A stretch of DNA of 48,773 bases from the NCBI GenBank assembly GCA_015523565.1, contig WAKA01000177.1, forward strand, positions 1 through 48,773. Reading direction: 5' to 3'. Positions 37,273-46,047 of the stretch are shown one piece after another. A program made the position numbers and the translations under genes. The notes beneath the pieces are model-generated. The model was not told the DNA's origin and made no database searches. It worked only from the letters and a program-made list of their open reading frames with translations. Origin of the DNA: Candidatus Heimdallarchaeota archaeon. GTDB taxonomy: Archaea; Asgardarchaeota; Heimdallarchaeia; Heimdallarchaeales; Kariarchaeaceae. The first letter of the stretch is position 1. The number at the start of each line of letters is the position of its first letter.

Positions 37273-37650
37273 TCACTCCAGCCATTTCAAAAACAATTCA
37301 AAAGGAATCTCTTCTTTTACAAGTTCCTCAATCTTTTCCTTGAATATGAGATTGTAGTCCTCTATTTCATCTTCTGGGATTTCTTCCTCACTCATTTCCA
37401 GCAAATAATAAATTTCCTTGCCAGGAATGGTAAACATAGGATCATACACCTGTTTAGTCTCAACATGCCTGTCATAAATATCCACAAAATTATGTTGCTC
37501 CAACTCAATCCAAAATTCACCTGAATCAAAATAGATATTGAAATATCGGTTCAAGCATCTTCTCCTGTTTTTAAAGAGAAAATTGGATGTTTCAAGAAGA
37601 AATCTCGCATACTTTTTCTCTGACGTTTCACTTTCCATCGGTTTTCTCAT
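37273..37650 (-). CDS. Acidic hypothetical protein
   Basis: 125-aa ORF, 6 nt upstream of and co-oriented with the BtuF-like gene. Confidence 0.6.
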   Translation of the reverse strand: MRKPMESETSEKKYARFLLETSNFLFKNRRRCLNRYFNIYFDSGEFWIELEQHNFVDIYDRHVETKQVYDPMFTIPGKEIYYLLEMSEEEIPEDEIEDYNLIFKEKIEELVKEEIPFELFLKWLE

Positions 37651-37834
37651 TATTTGAAATTAGTAGAAAGAATTAAAATAACTTACAATTGTCTCATTAA
37701 TTTTTCAAGACTTCCCACTTTTTATGAAATTTATATATTAATAAAATCATTCAATTAATTAATCTCTTTTTTTTGTTTATTCTATACAATGAAAACAATG
37801 TTTTTATTAAGTCTGTTACATTTTTTTTTGCACA

Positions 37835-38914
37835 ATGACCGCCAATTCCTCTGATTTCATAAAAAAAGCACTAAACAAGATGCCTGCGAATTATTTACTT
37901 GCAAGTCGAATAGAAACTTATTTCTCTAAAGACGAAAGTACAAAAGAACTAAGAATTAAACTTGTATCTGCATTGAAAAATAAAAAAATTTCTGAAAATC
38001 CCCCTGGACAATCCCTCTTGGATTTGGCGACTGAAATTGCTGAAAGAATGAACGGTCTATGCGGCTATTGTGCTGAAATATGTAAAAACCCTGACCATCC
38101 AAAACTTATGGAAAATTACTCACTCTTTTTTTATTCACACAGTTGGGACTCTGAGGTGAATGTTCTAGGGACAAATGGATCAGGGGTTGTCTATCTAGAC
38201 CCTGTTGGGGTCCAACCCGAAAAATTCGATGATCCCACAATTAAACCAGCAGAATATCATGTGAATTCTAAATTTGTCGCTTCAATTTCTGCTCTCTTAA
38301 GGAAAGAAAAGGCTTCTGCACTTATGCTGAAAGGAGGCGAACCTTCCTTTTATGCGCCGGCAATATTCAATAGTGTCAAATTCTTAAAAGATAACAATCT
38401 TTTCCCCATCCCTCAAAATTTACTCAGTGCACGTGCAGACATATTATCCAATTACCAAACAGATCAATCATTCCTGTTCTATCAAAATTCAATTAATGTG
38501 CCAATTTCAATTTTCTCTCCTTTATTGGCGAATTCACTTATCATTGAAACACTCTCAACAATCATTGATCTATGGAATGTACAAATTGATTATTTCTCTG
38601 ATCAATGCATCTATGAAATTTACAAAACTGAGAATTACCTTGATAGATTTCAAGCCAATTTGGAAAAATTATCTGCAATCTCCCATGATGTTATTATAAG
38701 GCATCATGTGCATCCTGGGCATTTAGAATGCTGTACAATTCCCGCCTTGGATTTTTTGACTTCAAAATTCCCCCAACTGCCCATCAAGATTGATTTGCGA
38801 TATATTATGAATAAGAAACAAAGGGAAGAAATTAAACAAATGATATTGAATTCTTATGGAAATCATGTCAACCTGTCTAGTTCATACGTAACTGAATGGC
38901 TCCTGAACACCTGA
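37835..38914 (+). CDS. Degenerate PflX-like radical-SAM-family protein lacking CxxxCxxC
   Basis: PflX-like landmarks CGYCAEIC, GSGVVY, KGGEPS, IDLW...DYFSDQC, IIRHHVHPGHLECCTIP; no Cys triad after GSG. Confidence 0.6.
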   Translation: MTANSSDFIKKALNKMPANYLLASRIETYFSKDESTKELRIKLVSALKNKKISENPPGQSLLDLATEIAERMNGLCGYCAEICKNPDHPKLMENYSLFFYSHSWDSEVNVLGTNGSGVVYLDPVGVQPEKFDDPTIKPAEYHVNSKFVASISALLRKEKASALMLKGGEPSFYAPAIFNSVKFLKDNNLFPIPQNLLSARADILSNYQTDQSFLFYQNSINVPISIFSPLLANSLIIETLSTIIDLWNVQIDYFSDQCIYEIYKTENYLDRFQANLEKLSAISHDVIIRHHVHPGHLECCTIPALDFLTSKFPQLPIKIDLRYIMNKKQREEIKQMILNSYGNHVNLSSSYVTEWLLNT

Positions 38915-38917
38915 AGC

Positions 38918-39649
38918 TTATTTCCCTATGCTTAATTCCCTATACTTCTCGCTTGCTTCTCGCCAATCTTTTGCATGCATTATTCCTCTTGAAACTGTAA
39001 AAATAACTTTTTCTCCAAATATTTTTTGAAGCAGTTCTGGTTTACCACCTTGGGATCCCAATCCTGGTGCTAAAACAAATGGGTCAGGTGCTATCTCTTT
39101 CACTCTTCGCAAATGTGATTCCTTTATGTGGTTTGTTGTCCCAATGACCATTCCACTTGCAAATTTTTGGGCGTCTGACGCCCATTTCTCATAGGGGGCT
39201 GGCGAGCCTTCAACTAGGTACTTTGCTTCTGGATTTGACATTATTGTCAATAGGATGATTTCCAATCCTAATTTTGATGCTTCTGTCGATGTTTGCTCTG
39301 CGTTTCCCGGAAAAGGTGAAACTGTAAGCATATCAAATCCTTCTTCACTTATGGCAATTAATGCGGCCAAATTACTGGAACCTACATCACTCAATTTGTG
39401 ATCCATTATTGAAATGGCGGGATGTTTGTGAATTCTTTGATTGATTTCTTCCATCTGTTCCGTTGTTGCACCAAGAAAAAACTGCCTGTTCAATTTATAG
39501 GCAACTGCAAGGTCCCATGTCTTGTCAACCAATTCCAAGGCCATGGAAATGCGGTCTTCAATTGGAAGGGTAACAGGTGGATCAATACCTATACAAAGCT
39601 GTGATTCCTTTGATAATACTAGCGAATTGATATCTGTTTTCAATTGCAT
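38918..39649 (-). CDS. pyrF: Orotidine 5'-phosphate decarboxylase
   Basis: LCIGIDP, AYKLN, DHKLSDVG (DxKxxD), TVSPF, MSNP, LAPGLGSQGG, VSRGI; adjacent to pyrE. Confidence 0.92.
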   Translation of the reverse strand: MQLKTDINSLVLSKESQLCIGIDPPVTLPIEDRISMALELVDKTWDLAVAYKLNRQFFLGATTEQMEEINQRIHKHPAISIMDHKLSDVGSSNLAALIAISEEGFDMLTVSPFPGNAEQTSTEASKLGLEIILLTIMSNPEAKYLVEGSPAPYEKWASDAQKFASGMVIGTTNHIKESHLRRVKEIAPDPFVLAPGLGSQGGKPELLQKIFGEKVIFTVSRGIMHAKDWREASEKYRELSIGK

Positions 39650-39652
39650 TCC

Positions 39653-40276
39653 CTATGCCCATTGGGAAATACTGTCTTCAATTGTCTTTCGGTCTTCTTT
39701 ACCCAGTTGTGGAGAAATAAGCAATCCATCCAATATTTCAAAAATGCTGAAGGCTGAATGTATTTTTATCCCCATTTCATTCCAATCATGCATTTCCTTT
39801 TTCTTTCTTCTATCTATCAAGACAAGAATGTCCTTGACATCTGCTCCTGTATTTCTCACTGCCTCAATGGGTTCTAACTTACTGGCACCTGTGGATATCA
39901 AATCATCAACCAAAACCACAATATCTTCTGGTTTCAAATCTTTTCCCTCAACCATTTTTTTGGTGCCATGATCTTTTTTGGATGAACGGATTTGTATTAA
40001 GGGCAATTCTTCTTCCAAACATAATGCCGTTGCAAATGGAACTCCTGCAGACATGATACCACCTATAACGACATTGGTCTTGCTCTTATACAACTTGTTA
40101 AACATAGCTTGGTAATATTTAACGGTCGATTTGAAAAGATCGGGATAGGATGGAATTAATCTTAAATCAATGTAGAATGGGCTGACATCACCTGATTTCA
40201 ATTTAAAATTTCCAACTTTTATGGCTCCGATCTTATAGAGGTGTTCTGCAAAACTAACCAAATCTGGTTCCTTCAT
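39653..40276 (-). CDS. pyrE: Orotate phosphoribosyltransferase
   Basis: GNFKLKSGDVSPFYIDLR, RSSKKDHG, VVLVDDLISTGASK. Confidence 0.95.
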   Translation of the reverse strand: MKEPDLVSFAEHLYKIGAIKVGNFKLKSGDVSPFYIDLRLIPSYPDLFKSTVKYYQAMFNKLYKSKTNVVIGGIMSAGVPFATALCLEEELPLIQIRSSKKDHGTKKMVEGKDLKPEDIVVLVDDLISTGASKLEPIEAVRNTGADVKDILVLIDRRKKKEMHDWNEMGIKIHSAFSIFEILDGLLISPQLGKEDRKTIEDSISQWA

Positions 40277-40305
40277 AAATATAAATTTGCAATCTTTATT
40301 AAAAT

Positions 40306-40617
40306 TTATTCCGAAAGCCTTCTCAACAAATTAATTAATGAATTGCCTGCCTTTACCGTTAGCATTCCCTTCCATACCCCGATAACATTTCCATTTTTAT
40401 CAGTGACCAATATCGTTGGGACTGTTTCAATCCTCATTCTTAATTGATCAAAAGTTTTGGATGCTATGTCAATCTCCATTAATTTAGCTCCATTCAGTCC
40501 ATTTTCTCTCAAGAGGATTTTTTTTGAATAAATGCATTTTGAACAGAATGTACTCTTAATAAGAATTATGGCAGGATGGCTAATCCCATCGATATGAACC
40601 CGTTTCCCAATCAGCAC
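40306..40617 (-). CDS. Divergent thioredoxin-fold protein
   Basis: Hydrophobic strand followed by FCSKC (CxxC), EIDI, cis-Pro motif IETVPT, KNG...WKG. Confidence 0.6.
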   Translation of the reverse strand: MLIGKRVHIDGISHPAIILIKSTFCSKCIYSKKILLRENGLNGAKLMEIDIASKTFDQLRMRIETVPTILVTDKNGNVIGVWKGMLTVKAGNSLINLLRRLSE

Positions 40618-40698
40618 CTTCTATTCTTGATTGAGTTTTGACTTTTTAGGATGTGCCATTGTGGAATATATTTATTCATAACTAACTAATTTCAATGG

Positions 40699-41313
40699 AT
40701 GACTCTTGATCAATCTGATCTCCAGATTTTGTATTATTTAAAACAAAACTCGCGGATATCTCTGACTGAATTGGGGAAATATATAGGTCTGACACCAGCC
40801 GCAATTAATTATCGCCTTCAAAAACTTATTGAAAACAATATCATCAAAAATTTTACAATAGAAATCAACCATGAAAAACTAACACCCAACTATCAGTCTT
40901 TCTACCTGAAGGCAAAATTATCACGGCACGAAATCCCTATTCAATCAGATCCTCTTTCACAGGTCTTCTTCAGGGAAATTCACCTTGTTGCTGATTCCTT
41001 CAATTTACTCGCAATTACTTATCCCTTAGACACTGATCAAGTAAGAAAACTGATTGAATTCCTTGAAAACACAGGGATAACGGATTATTCATTGGTTCCA
41101 ATCATAAATTCCACTTTCTTTTCGTCTTCTATGGAAATTCGAGGTGAAAATATTCAAAAATTGTATTGCCCTGAATGCCAAGCTGAAATGACTGGAAAGG
41201 CAATCATTGTGGAAGTCGACAAAATGAAACTAATGGCATTCTGCTGTGACGATTGCAAAAATAACTTTCTTAAAAGATACGAAAACATAACACAATCTGC
41301 TATTTCTAGCTGA
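40699..41313 (+). CDS. Lrp/AsnC-family regulator with C-terminal TRASH metal-binding domain
   Basis: LDQSDLQILYYLKQNSRISLTELG...RLQKLIENNIIKNF HTH; CPEC...FCCDDC TRASH motif. Confidence 0.88.
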   Translation: MTLDQSDLQILYYLKQNSRISLTELGKYIGLTPAAINYRLQKLIENNIIKNFTIEINHEKLTPNYQSFYLKAKLSRHEIPIQSDPLSQVFFREIHLVADSFNLLAITYPLDTDQVRKLIEFLENTGITDYSLVPIINSTFFSSSMEIRGENIQKLYCPECQAEMTGKAIIVEVDKMKLMAFCCDDCKNNFLKRYENITQSAISS

Positions 41314-41358
41314 TATGAATGCAACTTTTTTTTAATTCATGTTTGTTTAATAAAAAAT

Positions 41359-42828
41359 ATGGCTACTGTTAGCGTAGATGAAAATGAACTAAACATTGAT
41401 GAGATGACCCCTTCGAAAAAAGTTTCAAAGGAAATTATTTTTCTGGTGATTTCAACATTATTCTTGAGAATCGGATTTGGTGCAATCCTGATAATATTTG
41501 ACTGGACTCTTGTCTGGGGAATAGAAAATGCTTTGGGTGTAGCTGAACATTCAAGTGTTGAATCCATACTCATGACCTCCTTTGCTGCAATAACATATCT
41601 GATTGCAGAAATAATGATGACTGGTTATTATGGGAACAAATCTGATAGGATTGGCGCAAAACCAGTAGTTATCTTTGCCACATTTGGTTCCATGATTGTT
41701 ATTTTGCTTTATATGCCATCCTCAATTATTTTTGAAAAATTTTATATTATCCATCCTTTTATTGCCCTTACTTTGTTGACTGGATATCTTGCCGCAATTC
41801 ATTTCATACATGGAATTTTTGCATCCGCAACAGTAGCTCCAACTTTAGGATTTATAAACCATTACTCCAATTCAACAAATAGGACTCTTCATATGGCTTA
41901 TTTTGATAATGCCATTCTCTATGGAAGGGCATTGGGAATGATAAGTGGCGCTTTTGTCTGGATTGCATTCGGTGTTGACAATACAACGAGTATAACTGAA
42001 CAATCTAGAAGAATTGCGTATTCATATCTTCCCCTTTCACTCCTATTACTCATTGCCACATTAATATTGTATTTCGGATTGGAAAACACCCCGAAAAAAG
42101 AGGAAGTCAAGCCATTTAACCTCAAGGAGGACGTAAAAATTGCGTATTCCGTAATGCTAGCTGAGGAAAGAAAACCATTGTTGCTTCCATGGCTTTCAAT
42201 AGCCGCGCTAATCGGATCTGCCTCAATTTGGGGTCCAAGCGTCGCATTTAGAATTGCAGGGGGGGGTAACGGACAAAATTCTGAAAGAGGCTTTGACGCC
42301 ATTCTTCCCATCATGATGGTTCTTTTTGCATTGGCACTGCCTGCACCCTTTTGGGGCTGGATTGCAGATAGGAAGGGAAAGAAAAAGGTTATGCAGTTTG
42401 GTCTATTCAGTATGCCAATTGCTCTTATTTTGGGGTTGGCAATTGGCTTTCCCTTCTATAAGGAGGCTCTTTTGAATCAAGAAGCCTCTATCATCAGTAA
42501 TATTCCGTTTTTATTGTCCTTAGCCCCTTCAATTTTCTTTTTTTCTGCATTCATTCCTATCCTAATTGGATCGCTTGGTGAAACTGCGAAAAAAGAAAAG
42601 AAGGAAGATGGTCATGTTATGTCGGGTTACCACTTTGTCATTGCGTTAGGTGAAATAATTGGTATACTTGGTGGAGGTCTTTTCATTGGATTCTTTGCAT
42701 TGTTACATACTATTGGTTTGATTAAGGACGCTGACATTGCATTGCTTGTCGGATTTGTGCTTTTTGAAGTAATTTTAGTTGCAGGAATGACAATCGGTAT
42801 CATAAGATTACCTGATAGGTATCATTGA
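41359..42828 (+). CDS. Major facilitator superfamily transporter
   Basis: About 12 TMs; motif A twice (GNKSDRIGAKP, GWIADRKGKKK). Confidence 0.88.
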   Translation: MATVSVDENELNIDEMTPSKKVSKEIIFLVISTLFLRIGFGAILIIFDWTLVWGIENALGVAEHSSVESILMTSFAAITYLIAEIMMTGYYGNKSDRIGAKPVVIFATFGSMIVILLYMPSSIIFEKFYIIHPFIALTLLTGYLAAIHFIHGIFASATVAPTLGFINHYSNSTNRTLHMAYFDNAILYGRALGMISGAFVWIAFGVDNTTSITEQSRRIAYSYLPLSLLLLIATLILYFGLENTPKKEEVKPFNLKEDVKIAYSVMLAEERKPLLLPWLSIAALIGSASIWGPSVAFRIAGGGNGQNSERGFDAILPIMMVLFALALPAPFWGWIADRKGKKKVMQFGLFSMPIALILGLAIGFPFYKEALLNQEASIISNIPFLLSLAPSIFFFSAFIPILIGSLGETAKKEKKEDGHVMSGYHFVIALGEIIGILGGGLFIGFFALLHTIGLIKDADIALLVGFVLFEVILVAGMTIGIIRLPDRYH

Positions 42829-42907
42829 CCCGTATGACTCATTTTTCTGTGATTTTTTTAATTTTAATTCACTACCTTAATAACTGAAGTAGGAATGTAG
42901 ATAATAG

Positions 42908-44188
42908 GTGGCATCTCAAGTCAAATGTATTGTAATAGATGATTCTCTATTCGTAAGAAAAACACTCGTCTCACTTATTTCAAGTTTGGGTCATCAAGTT
43001 GTCGGCGAATTTGGGAATGCGGAGGATGCATTGGTTGCCATTCCTGACACAGATCATGATATAATCTTCCTTGATATCATTCTTCCAAATATTTCTGGTT
43101 TGGAAGCCCTAAAAATGATATTGTCCCAAAACAAAGATGAAAAGGTAATAGTCCTGTCTGGTTTGGGTGATGAAGATGTAATTAACGCCGCTCTGCAATT
43201 GGGGGCTATAGACTATATCCAAAAGCCAATTGATGAAATACAACTCAGACGCGTTTTTGAAAGGATAATTGAATCATATTTTATTCCTGACGCAGTTACC
43301 CTTTCAAAAATAGAGGCAACTGCAAAACTTGTCTCAATTTTCTTTGATGAACTTCTATCAATTGCAACATATCAGGTTCGAAGAGTCATCAAATCCCAAA
43401 TTGATTCACTTTTTTTAAACCCACCAGAAATCATCCCTAAAATGTTTAAGTTGGATCCAGAAAATTTCGGCATAACAACCAATGAGGAAATCTTTGGAAT
43501 TTATGAAGAAGAAGAGGTGATTTATGCATTAAACGGCTTTATTGAGATCCTAAAAAATGAACTTTCATACATTTATTCAGAGGATTTCATCAATCGTCTT
43601 TTTCAGTCTGCTATGCTGGCAATTGCCTCAAAACCCAGAACCGCAAAACTTGTTGCATTCGTAAATCCCGAAGAAATTGGAATTCCCCTTCCTGATAAGG
43701 TAAATTATGATCAATTTAAATTTTATTTACAAAAATCCCAATTGCAAATTGAGGATAATCTCCTGTTGGCAACAGTGTTTTTTGGATCAATAGGTCCAGA
43801 AATGAAAAACAGGATTGGAAATGAAGAAATGGTGCCTGAGAATACCATAGTTAAATCTTCAATTTTCTATTTCACCTTGGTTGGATTTGGAAACGAGAAA
43901 AAAGGTCTTTTCGGCCCCTTACCTGTTTCAGATCTAAATGATGTATCTGCTGTATTTTTTTCCCTTTATCCATTGGAAGATGAAAACAATCCCAATCCTA
44001 TTAGTACAATACTTATCCTATTCTACAGGTATACCGCGGATAAGATTGTTGAGGATATTAATAAGCTGAACTTTATCTTTAGAACACGGCTTGGCAATGT
44101 AAAATATTTGGGTGATATTTCCAAACCGATTTTGAGGGGAATAATGGAGGATTTGGTTGAATATTATAGAGAAATAGAAAATGCTTGA
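42908..44188 (+). CDS. Response regulator: CheY-like receiver + helical linker + C-terminal longin/uDENN-like domain
   Basis: REC residues VIDDS, FLDIILP, VLSG and QKP intact; C-terminal FFGSIGPE...YFTLVG...GLFGPLPV...SAVFF...ILILFY homologous to the N-half of 19914..20675; GTG start. Confidence 0.75.
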   Translation: MASQVKCIVIDDSLFVRKTLVSLISSLGHQVVGEFGNAEDALVAIPDTDHDIIFLDIILPNISGLEALKMILSQNKDEKVIVLSGLGDEDVINAALQLGAIDYIQKPIDEIQLRRVFERIIESYFIPDAVTLSKIEATAKLVSIFFDELLSIATYQVRRVIKSQIDSLFLNPPEIIPKMFKLDPENFGITTNEEIFGIYEEEEVIYALNGFIEILKNELSYIYSEDFINRLFQSAMLAIASKPRTAKLVAFVNPEEIGIPLPDKVNYDQFKFYLQKSQLQIEDNLLLATVFFGSIGPEMKNRIGNEEMVPENTIVKSSIFYFTLVGFGNEKKGLFGPLPVSDLNDVSAVFFSLYPLEDENNPNPISTILILFYRYTADKIVEDINKLNFIFRTRLGNVKYLGDISKPILRGIMEDLVEYYREIENA

Positions 44189-44283
44189 CCATTAATTTAG
44201 TGGCTGATAAAAATAGTCATTTGTTGGTTTCTAAATTCTATAGTTTTTTATATTATATTAAAAAACCCCTTTAAGGTGGACAA

Positions 44284-44856
44284 ATGCAATCTGTCGGATT
44301 GACCACAGATATCAAATTATACAAGATTGTCATTGCTGGAGAGACAAATGTTGGAAAAACCAGCTTAAGAATGAGATATTTCGGCGAAAAATTTACCAAA
44401 AGCTATATCCCAACTCTTGGAGTTGATTTTTCTGTAAAAAGACTAAAATTGGATCAATCTACCTTCGCAGAAATCCAAGTATGGGATATGGCTGGACAAA
44501 TGACTTTTCAGGCTTTAAGAAAACGATTCTTTCTCGGTGCATCTTCAATCTTCCTAGTGTTTGATATCAAAGACAAAGAATCCTTTGTAAAGCTAAGGGA
44601 ATGGTTTGACGACTTTTGGGTATCATTCAACAATCGAAAGGACATCCCTGTTGTATTGGTTGGTAACAAAATTGATTTGGGGGATCCTGTAGTATCAAAA
44701 GAGGAAATGGATCAGTTTTGGGAAAACATCAAAAAAGATTACCCTGATTTTACAGGAAAATATGAAACTGTTTTGACTTCTGCGTTAAACGGTGAAAATG
44801 TTCAAGAGCTTTTTGATTCTACTATCCATCATATTTTTGAACTTTATCGGAATTGA
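44284..44856 (+). CDS. Rab-like small GTPase
   Basis: G1 GETNVGKTS, G2 YIPTLGVDF, G3 WDMAGQ, G4 NKID, G5 TSAL; no prenylation Cys. Confidence 0.95.
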   Translation: MQSVGLTTDIKLYKIVIAGETNVGKTSLRMRYFGEKFTKSYIPTLGVDFSVKRLKLDQSTFAEIQVWDMAGQMTFQALRKRFFLGASSIFLVFDIKDKESFVKLREWFDDFWVSFNNRKDIPVVLVGNKIDLGDPVVSKEEMDQFWENIKKDYPDFTGKYETVLTSALNGENVQELFDSTIHHIFELYRN

Positions 44857-45926
44857 TTCAAAACATTCAAAACATTCACCCCCATTGTAAGGACAAACAA
44901 AAAGAATGCCGCCAAAAAAATCAAGGTTCCCTGAATTCCTGCAATTTCCTTCATGAGTTGTTTATCTCTTCCCCAACCGGGAAATATCTCGAATAAGATA
45001 AACAAGGCAAGTACTCCACTGAAAATCTCAAATGCCAAAAACATCTCTATTTGCATGTTTTGACTGATGTAATGGAATAAATAACCTATTCCCAAATAAA
45101 TAAGCAGTAATTTTTTCTTGGTGTTTGGATGCACTATAAAGTAAAAATACTCACTTTTTGACATTGTTTGGCTTTGATGTTTCTTCCTGTTGAAGTTTTT
45201 TGTAAGAATGATTTTGTCATCGTTGATTGTCGATTTTGAAAAGTCTGTCTTGACTCTTACATTCAAAATAGAAACAAAGAAGGTTGTTAACACTAATGTT
45301 GAAATAAATCCAAACTTATCTGCAAAAAAATCTGCATGGAATCCATGTGACGCATACCCATTTCTTATCCACAAAAAATATGAGGCAATAAACATTCCCG
45401 ACAAAACAAAAAATGTTACCAGCGTCAACAATTTTGGAAGGGAATCAAACAGCAATAGGTACTTGAAAAATAAGGCTCCGAATATTGCCAGCCATAAAGG
45501 AAATATGATCTTCATGTCTTCTTTTTTGAGTAAGGGGGTTGTTGGTCGTTCAATTTCAGTTTCATAAATTGAATCACTGGGTTTCATTGGATATGAGCGT
45601 CTTTGATATGGTTGCTGGAATTGTTGTTGTGGTTGATACATGTTCGGTGATAAAGGATATTGGGAATTTTGAGATGCTGGAAATTGTTGTTGGTATTGTG
45701 GCGGCGGAGATGTACCTTTAACAATTGTGCTGGATGTTGGTTGCCCACAATTCTGGCAAAATTTGGAATCTGGCTTTAAGTTCTCTCCGCAATTCCTGCA
45801 TTTGTTCATTGACTGAGTTGTTGTGTCTTGCAAATTTTCCTGTCTTACAGGGCTTCCACATTTTCCACAAAACTTTGCATCAGAAGATAGGGCATTCCCA
45901 CAAACCCTACACGACTTTTCACTCAC
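44844..45926 (-). CDS. Membrane protein with two N-terminal zinc ribbons and a Gln/Pro-rich linker
   Basis: CRVC..CGKC and CRNC..CQNC; linker PPPQYQQQF...QPQQQFQQPYQ; about 6 TMs. Confidence 0.8.
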   Translation of the reverse strand: MSEKSCRVCGNALSSDAKFCGKCGSPVRQENLQDTTTQSMNKCRNCGENLKPDSKFCQNCGQPTSSTIVKGTSPPPQYQQQFPASQNSQYPLSPNMYQPQQQFQQPYQRRSYPMKPSDSIYETEIERPTTPLLKKEDMKIIFPLWLAIFGALFFKYLLLFDSLPKLLTLVTFFVLSGMFIASYFLWIRNGYASHGFHADFFADKFGFISTLVLTTFFVSILNVRVKTDFSKSTINDDKIILTKNFNRKKHQSQTMSKSEYFYFIVHPNTKKKLLLIYLGIGYLFHYISQNMQIEMFLAFEIFSGVLALFILFEIFPGWGRDKQLMKEIAGIQGTLIFLAAFFLFVLTMGVNVLNVLNQFR

Positions 45927-46047
45927 AATCCAGACTTTGCTTCACTCCTTAAAACCAAATCGATACCTGTTAACTCCTTTTCTCAATCAATACGTCAATT
46001 CATGAAATTTTAACTTCATTTAAATTTATTCTCTTGTCCTGAATATC

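Noticed and set aside
36764-37357. 197-aa plus-strand ORF and the many other short antisense or nested ORFs
   Set aside because: They lie opposite or inside well-supported genes, have Ser/Phe/Ile-rich shadow composition and show no motifs.
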